Positions 57,400 through 64,000 of a DNA stretch of 64,000 nucleotides are shown here, in pieces. The stretch comes from Oikopleura dioica. Lineage: Eukaryota; Animalia; Chordata. Numbering within the stretch: position 1 is the first letter of the stretch; every line of letters begins with the position of its first letter. Both the position numbers and the translations under genes were made by a program. The notes under the pieces were generated by a model. It searched no databases. It was not told the DNA's origin and saw only the letters and a program-made list of their open reading frames with translations. The DNA lies in assembly GCA_907165135.1 (NCBI GenBank), contig OU015568.1, positions 10,788,001 through 10,852,000 on the forward strand, written 5' to 3'.

Positions 57400-59206
57400 T
57401 TATTTTTTTTTCGCAGCTCTATCAGGCAAAACTCGTCTCGTGGAAGTTTGATCTCGAGCTGGTCGACGTTGCCCCTTTTTATTGCCCACTTCGTTGCTGG
57501 TGACGACTTCGGCGCTATCAGGATTTGGGGTGTTATCCTGTTGAACCTCCTCCTCCTCCGGTTGTTCGACGATGGCGGCGGCGGCGCTTAATGAAAATAG
57601 AGTAAATCACACTCATTTACTGCATACAACGTTACCTCTCTATCTCGATCACAGTCTGCGCCGTAGCATCTGCGACTTCATCCGGATGAGCCTCGTCATT
57701 CTCTTGTTCTCCATCAATCGCCATATCCAAAGGCTTTAATTACTCGTCAAAATCAAAACAAAAAAAATATCACATACCGAGATAGTCTCTTCCAAGTCTT
57801 GGCTCGACAGATTCTTGAGCTTGCTTGTCTCGCCCGCTTCTTTCAATTCGTTCACCAAATGCAAGCATCTGAGCATTTTTTTGGTGTGTGGAGTAATCAA
57901 CAAACCGTTGATTTTCTTTAGCGCCTAATTGATTTCAATTAACACGCAATTCCAAATTATGGCAATAATTACCTTTTTTGGGCTCTCGTGTGCAGTCACA
58001 ATATCCGGGCGAGTTAAATCAACATCGGAAAATGACAATTTGGGAATTGGCGAGAGCGGTACATCCTCCAAGCGAGTAGAAGAAAAATAGTTGACGATGG
58101 CGGGACCAGATGGACTTCGCGGAATTGTTGTTGTAACTTCCGATGGTGGCGGCGGCGGTGGAGGAAAAGAAGCAGGCTGCTGGATAGTCACTTTCGCCTC
58201 GACAGGAACTTGTTCTTCTATCCCTCCTTCGTAAAACGGATTTCCTCGTATCTCGGCGGGATCTTCATAAACAGGCTCTGGAACGAGACGCTCATCAACT
58301 TGTTGAACTGCGGCGTGATGTGGGTTGTCGCGAAATTGCACCCCATTTACTTGTTTCGGCGCTGGCAACAGGGGGTCCTTCTCTTCCTCAGTTCTCACAA
58401 TATTTTTGTTCTCTTTCTTTTTCTTTGATTCGGCTAAAACAACAGATTACTTTTTGATTTTTGAAAAAAAGATAAACCTTTGTAAGAATAGAGACTGCCC
58501 TCGCGATGAAACAAGTACAAATCTTCGCCTTCGTTTGGCTCCTTTTTGCAGCAAACTTCGCAAAAACAGTTCAAGTAGTTGCCGATTCCGTTTTTATGCT
58601 TTGCGCAAAAGTTGCAAATTCTCTTTCTCCAAACTTGCGGAAACTCTTTCATGCAATAAAAGAGCACAAAAAGAACAACACAAACGCAGATGATTATCGA
58701 CCAAGTGTTGTCAGATTCGGCAGCGGTCTGGATTGGCTCAGTAGTCGGTGTTTCGCTGCAAAAAATTTTTTTTGTGTTTTTAAGGTGCATCCAAAACTGA
58801 GGTGCAGTTGAAACTGAGGTGCTTTTCAATTCAAGGTGCGAAAAAAAAAATAATAAGAAAATAATATTCTTTTTTAATAAATCAAAAAACAAGCACCTTG
58901 AATCTAATCACCACCTCAACTCCAAAAGGTACCTTGATTTCAAACTTACCTAGTAACTGGAGATTTTTTCCCTGGAGCGTCTGGTTTGACTACAATTTTT
59001 TTAGTGCCCTTGTTCATCCTCCACTCGATACACTCAAGAGTGAATTCGTCTACGCCGCCCAGCCTGCACCGATTTTCCATATCAATTTGAGTCTAATCAA
59101 GGGCTCAATAATTTCAAAACTTTTAAGCAAAAAAAATCTAAAATTTTGAGACCTTGACCTGAACTTGTGGCAAAAGCCAGACTAGGATGATCATCGTCAA
59201 CGACAT
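57400..59206 (-). CDS. Viral type I membrane glycoprotein-like protein with long Tyr-motif cytoplasmic tail
   Basis: Signal MSLTMIILVWLLPQVQV, short Cys-containing ectodomain, T/P-rich stalk, TM WSIIICVCVVLFVLFYCM, Cys-rich juxtamembrane segment, and a tail with PVYEDP, NPFYE and a polyproline run. At least 6 introns. Confidence 0.6.
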
Positions 59207-59240
59207 GTGACTATCCCCGTCTAAATAATTTTTCTTTGAA

Positions 59241-60523
59241 TTAAAAGTACAAGAAAAATTTTCTTTTTGAAAGGCAGTCGGCAAATTCTTGGCTTTGACT
59301 TTGTCGATTTATGTTGAATTTCTGCCAGCCGCTCCAGGTTGCAATGTCTTTGTCCATTTGTTGTGCGCCAAACTAAAAAACGGCGTTACTTTGAGAAAAA
59401 ACAAATCATCACTTACCAAGCCCATCAGAAAGCCATTTTCCGTAAATGTTTGTTTGATTATGTGTTTGATGTAAGCATCTGTTGGATCGACAATCGGATT
59501 GAGCGCGGTAATTGTAGTAATGCACTTTGGCTTGCAATCGTTCAAGCGCAAACGAATTCCAATCATAAATTTGTCAAAACCCTCTAATCGATCGTTACAG
59601 TTCATTAGACGAGCGCATGAATCGAGCACTTCCGATCGAGGTGTTGTCTTTTTACTCGAAAGCTGGATCGCTCGCCACAAAAAGGTCTCAAGTTGTCGAT
59701 CAATGCAAACACTCTGATGTCGAGATAAATCAGTCGGGGCACGATCGAAAAGAAAACGAGAGTCCATCTAAACATGAATATAAGCTTTTTTCTTCTTGCT
59801 TGATAATGTACCTGAGTAAGTAGTTGTCGTAATCTTTCACAAAATTTGGGTGGTGTTGGACTAGGCAAAAAACCCATCAATAGAAGCAATGATGCTTTTT
59901 CTTCTCCAAGAGGATCTGCTCGTGTAGGCCAAGGACAAGCTATTCGCGGCCCAACAGAACAAGCCGCCTTCAAAACTGTAAACGGATTTCCCAGTGAATT
60001 GTCGCACATGTCAATCAAGTCCCAACTTCCGTCAATAAGCTGAATCTATACAAAATTTCAAAATTTTGGCTTGTTCACGCTTACCCAAACATGAATCTTT
60101 TTTGGAATGATGATTCCAGTCAATGGCGCAGTTGTAAACTCGACAAAAAACCCGCCAATTTGATGCCACGGAATCAAATCGACTTTTTCTGAGCTTTCAA
60201 TGTAAAGGCTGCCAACCATCGGAAGAACACTGGCTATTGGGCGAATGATTTCTACGGCGCGAGGATTAACACAAGATTCGTTGACTTGTTTGCACATCAG
60301 CTGAAAAACGTTGCCGAATCGTGAATGGCAGAGAGAATTGCCAAGTCCAAGGCATTCCGTAGTGACATCGAGATATCTTTTTTTCAAAATATCCGAGGCG
60401 TCGAAGCGAGAATTTTGAGGAGTTTCATCTAAAAAGCCCTTTTTAACACAATGATGGACACGAATAAAGAGAATTACCTAAAGTTTTAGATGAAATATGA
60501 ATCAACTCGAAATACGGATCCAT
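59241..60523 (-). CDS. Orphan viral protein (5 exons, about 370 aa)
   Basis: MDPYFELIHISSKTL| joins by canonical GT-AG introns through ORFs 60058-60387, 59605-60018 (part) and 59309-59767 (part) to a stop at 59241. Confidence 0.65.
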
Positions 60524-60748
60524 AGAAGCAAAACTTGTTTTGTGCTTTAACTGTAATCGACGTCTTGGCGGAGTTTGCGGTCTTTCTAAACGAACTTGAG
60601 TCTTTTCTCGACACGCTCAATTACTTTTTGCTCGCTGAAATTGTGATTCCTTCACACGCGAAAAATTACGTCCCATTCAGGCTAAAACAAAATAATCAAC
60701 CCTGTGTCCTGTTTCAGTAGTAAAGTAGCTCAAAGGTGAAGACAAAAT

Positions 60749-61682
60749 TCAAGTGTTTTTCGTCTTGAGTTCTTCAACAACTTTCTTGAAGTTTTCTCGA
60801 GCCTTGACGGGAGTAGTGGCTAAAAAGAATTGATTACACTCAATTTAAAAATAAAAAAGTTACCTTCTGGAGTGAAGAAGCGAGTTTCCTCTTCTTCGTT
60901 TTCGACTTCCAAAATTCGAGGAATTGGTGGAGCGGGTCGTCGAGGTCGAAGTCTTGGCACTGGAAGCTCATCGTCGAAGAGCAACTGGCGTCGAGACGGC
61001 CCAGCAATCGCCATTGGCGAAATTGTTCGCACTCGCAAGGAAGGTTTCTGCCGAGGCTTGTTTGGAGATCGAGCAAACGCAAATCCTCCGGTGTAGTCGC
61101 CTACATTTCCGCAAATTTGCACTCCAACATCGGAAGTAGCCACGGCTGAACACAATAATTTAAAGCGATCTCACTTGAACTAGAATTACCTCCAACTCCT
61201 TTAGCAATAGTCTTGGCGACGGAAAACGCCTGGCTAATCACAGACTTCTTCTTTTTGGGCTCGGGCGATTCAGGCGGTGTTCGAAAAAGCGACTCTCGGC
61301 GCAAAGGTGCTTCTGGCTCAGCTGGTGGAGGAGCGAACTGAGGGATCGGAGGAAGAGGTCGCGCGAGCACTTGAATATGAAATTAACTCAACTCATTTTT
61401 TGAATTTTTAATACTTTTGTTGGCTTCTTTCTCGAGCAAAGAAACTGCCGCTGTTTTGGCCTTCTTGCCCGCCTTTCGTGCCGCTTTGACGATTTTTCGT
61501 CGGCTAAATTTGATATTTAATATAAACTGATTCATAGTGCTAAAATACCCTTTCTCGATGAATCCGGGGGTCATTTTTGAAGCCGAAGTCGATTGTTGAG
61601 TATCAGCGTAAAGCCTCTTGCGATTCTTCTCGGCGATTCGAGGACTTCGCCTCGGAACTGGTGGAGGAGCTGCGCCAGACAT
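60749..61682 (-). CDS. Pro/Arg-rich disordered viral protein with short linear motifs
   Basis: MSGAAPPPVPRRSPRIAEKNRKR..., several PxxP motifs and SRRQLLFDD; spliced across ORFs 61383-61682, 61101-61370 and 60820-61155. Confidence 0.55.
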
Positions 61683-61900
61683 TTTACACTGAGCCTTCTA
61701 TAAAATTTAAAGAGATTAAATTTTTTCCCTACAAATTTAATAAAGGCCAAATTATGCAATTAACAATGAGAAGAAGGTTGTTGGAACTTGAGCGGAAATA
61801 AAGGCAGATACCGAGTAAAAGTTTAGAGGTAAAGTTAAGAGAGTAAGTTTTTTAGAGGTAAAAATTTCAGAGCCGAATTAAAACTATTTTTTTCAATGAA

Positions 61901-62782
61901 TTAACAACCCTTTCGCTTGCCGAGCTCAAAAAGATCAGGCTGGATGGGTTGATTGTCCACATAAACTGTGGATCCAAGCTCGCTGGAAGACTCTTCGCCC
62001 ATCAATTGCCCATCGTAACGATTGATTGGAATATCTTCCTCGCATCGAATGTATCCCTGAAGTGGCGGATCCACATCATGAACGGTGAAGGTGCGAGTTG
62101 TGTGGATCGTCATTCTGGGGTGAGAGCCGTAAACCGCATTCTCTGGAGGGTTCAAAGTGATGAGCCCAGTGTGTCCAAGTCCCGTCACTCGATACTGATT
62201 GTAGAGTGCCTAAAAAAATTTAATTTTGAACAAAAAAGGATCAAAAGTTTACCTCGTAATGGGGTCGCTTTCGAGGTCGAGACTGGAATGCAGCAAGAGC
62301 CGGAGCTGAGGGTGTAGGCTTCTCCGACGCAGTCTTTTTAGCTACAAGATTTGTAGCGACTTGCGGCGGGGCAGGAGGCAAGATCGTCGAGTATGTCGAT
62401 GGATCTGCAAGAACAACTCCTGTCTTTACATGCGGGGCAAAAGCCGCAAGCGCTGGTGGTTGAGCCGCTGCGGGAGTAGAATCGCCAGCATCAGAGTTGT
62501 CCAAAGTTTTCTTTTGTGCCTTTGGAGAGCCAAAAGGAGAACTATTGGAGTGTATGGTCGGCAGCACCTAAACAAAGACGTCAATTTTTTTCAGCGCTCT
62601 TTTAAACTAACCTGCATCTGTCGAGGACCAAATCGACCACCCCGGTTAAAGTTGCCGCCAAAAGAAGCACGGGGCTTGTACGCTCCAGGAGAAGGCTTGG
62701 CTCGCGGTGGAATTGGCTTCCAGTAATCTTCATCTTCGCTGTCAGAAGACACAGAAACCCGTTTTTGGCTATTTTTTTTCAT
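61901..62782 (-). CDS. Orphan viral protein (3 exons)
   Basis: ORFs 62591-62782, 62241-62567 and 61901-62188 are joined in frame by two GT-AG introns. RGG-like and Pro/Ala-rich N-terminal half. Confidence 0.6.
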
Positions 62783-63179
62783 TTTTTTCGATTATCTAAA
62801 AAGTTAAAACATTTACAAAAAATCAAAGAAATATATTCCAGTGCTGACAGGTGAGAGAAAGAGGCTTGTTATGAACCTTGGGACAAATATTTCAATGGAA
62901 CTTTTAAAACGCGATCTGCGCGTCAAGTAAACTTGACAGATAGAAAAGAAACGCAACTAGCAGGCTAGCAAGTTAACAAAACTAAGCTAAAGAGATAAAC
63001 TTATCTAACAAAGAAAGACGCAACTGGCAAGGACAAGAGTCCTAGAAAGAGAGAGAAGGCTAGAAAAAAAGGCTAAATAAAGCGCAGCCTAGATCAAAAA
63101 TTAAAAATCAAAAATATACGAGGAATGGTGTCTTCGTAACGGCAAAAGTTCCTAAATAAGCAATAAGCTAAACCCTTTT

Positions 63180-64000
63180 TTATGAAAACTTACAGATAAA
63201 AACGGCGGCTTCCATGGCATCTTGGAACTGAGCAATCGCACCTGATCCCTCTTCAATGGCGTCAATGGCGTCTTGAAGATTTGTTGGCGGCTCTGGAACA
63301 TTGTCTTCTTCTCCAGATCCAGATCCTTCTCCAGCAATGTCAGGGTAGAGCTCAGCCATCTTGCGACGAATGTCACTTGTAGTAGATCCCAAGCTCGAGT
63401 AGGAGATTGAATCTAAATAAACAAATTAGCGCTGTTGCGCGAAGCGCGCCACTTACCATCACTAGCCAATGGGGTGACTGAAGAAAAAGACTCGGGAGAA
63501 GCTGGCTCTGACTCTGGAGAAGAAGCTGGAGCGTATGGAGGTGGAGGAGTCTTGGCCATGATGCTTTCTGGGCCAGGTACTTTTGGGTCGGTAGATCGTC
63601 CGCTGCGCCCACGACTTCGACTTCGACTTCGACTTCGAGTAGAGCTTGGAGTCGACTGGGCTAAAATCAAAATTAGAAAAGGATTAATAAATTTTTTATT
63701 ACCGAAGATTTCGTCTTCGTCGCTGGATCGGACGATTCGATTGGCGGTCAGATTGGCGGGGATTTCGGGCGTCGAGGTTTCCGGAGTATTGCAGAACGGC
63801 TGTAACTGCCGCAGGCTTGTAGACAAAACGATCCAAAGGGAAGCGCCCATAACAATTGCGCCAACTGCAAGAACCACGTTCTTCCAGAAGTTGCTGCATT
63901 GGCTTGCCTTCGATCGTTTTGTCTGAATAAAATGCGTCAAAAGTATTCAATAAAAGAAAACAACTCACCTCCAAAACGTAGCCACTGTTCTCCGCAAGAA
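63180..64000 (-). CDS. Viral membrane protein, partial (5' end outside window)
   Basis: TM VVLAVGAIVMGASLWIVLSTSL, RIVR/S, an RS repeat, PPPPY, then a spliced exon with EGSGSGEED and EEGSG. Confidence 0.55.

Larger units (their letters stand above)
37150..64000. mobile_element. Maverick/Polinton-type endogenous dsDNA virus (>26 kb; termini not identified, right end beyond window)
   Basis: Co-located A32-like packaging ATPase, rve integrase, Maverick-type major capsid protein and protein-primed PolB, plus about 14 accessory ORFs. The left boundary is inferred to lie at about 36.1-37.5 kb. Confidence 0.9.

Overview
Eukaryotic DNA, very gene-dense, with many short (about 30-60 nt) introns, several non-canonical GA-AG/GG-AG/GC-AG introns and tightly packed co-oriented genes. 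This style suggests a larvacean tunicate such as Oikopleura (inference). Left part, about 1-36 kb, is host chromosome: coiled-coil gene, TMEM165, NEMF, PDZ-RGS-RhoGEF, PSMA4, RPL13A, PRIM2, serpin, CDC25, collybistin-like RhoGEF, a catalytically dead M14 carboxypeptidase, several orphans, and three non-autonomous inverted-repeat elements. Right part, about 37 kb to beyond the window end, is a large (>26 kb) Maverick/Polinton-type endogenous virus. It encodes a packaging ATPase, rve integrase, double-jelly-roll-type major capsid protein, a very large protein-primed PolB and many intron-containing accessory genes, including several membrane proteins. Two observations stand out. (1) PolB is split between motifs B and C by a 1,037-bp GG-AG intron that holds a complete spliced RING-finger gene. 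(2) Non-canonical introns in both host and viral genes are closed by short terminal inverted repeats that differ in sequence but share a similar geometry. Many 1-nt frameshifts fall in homopolymers, even in essential genes, so they are probably assembly errors. All gene models were spliced by eye and some ends are approximate.
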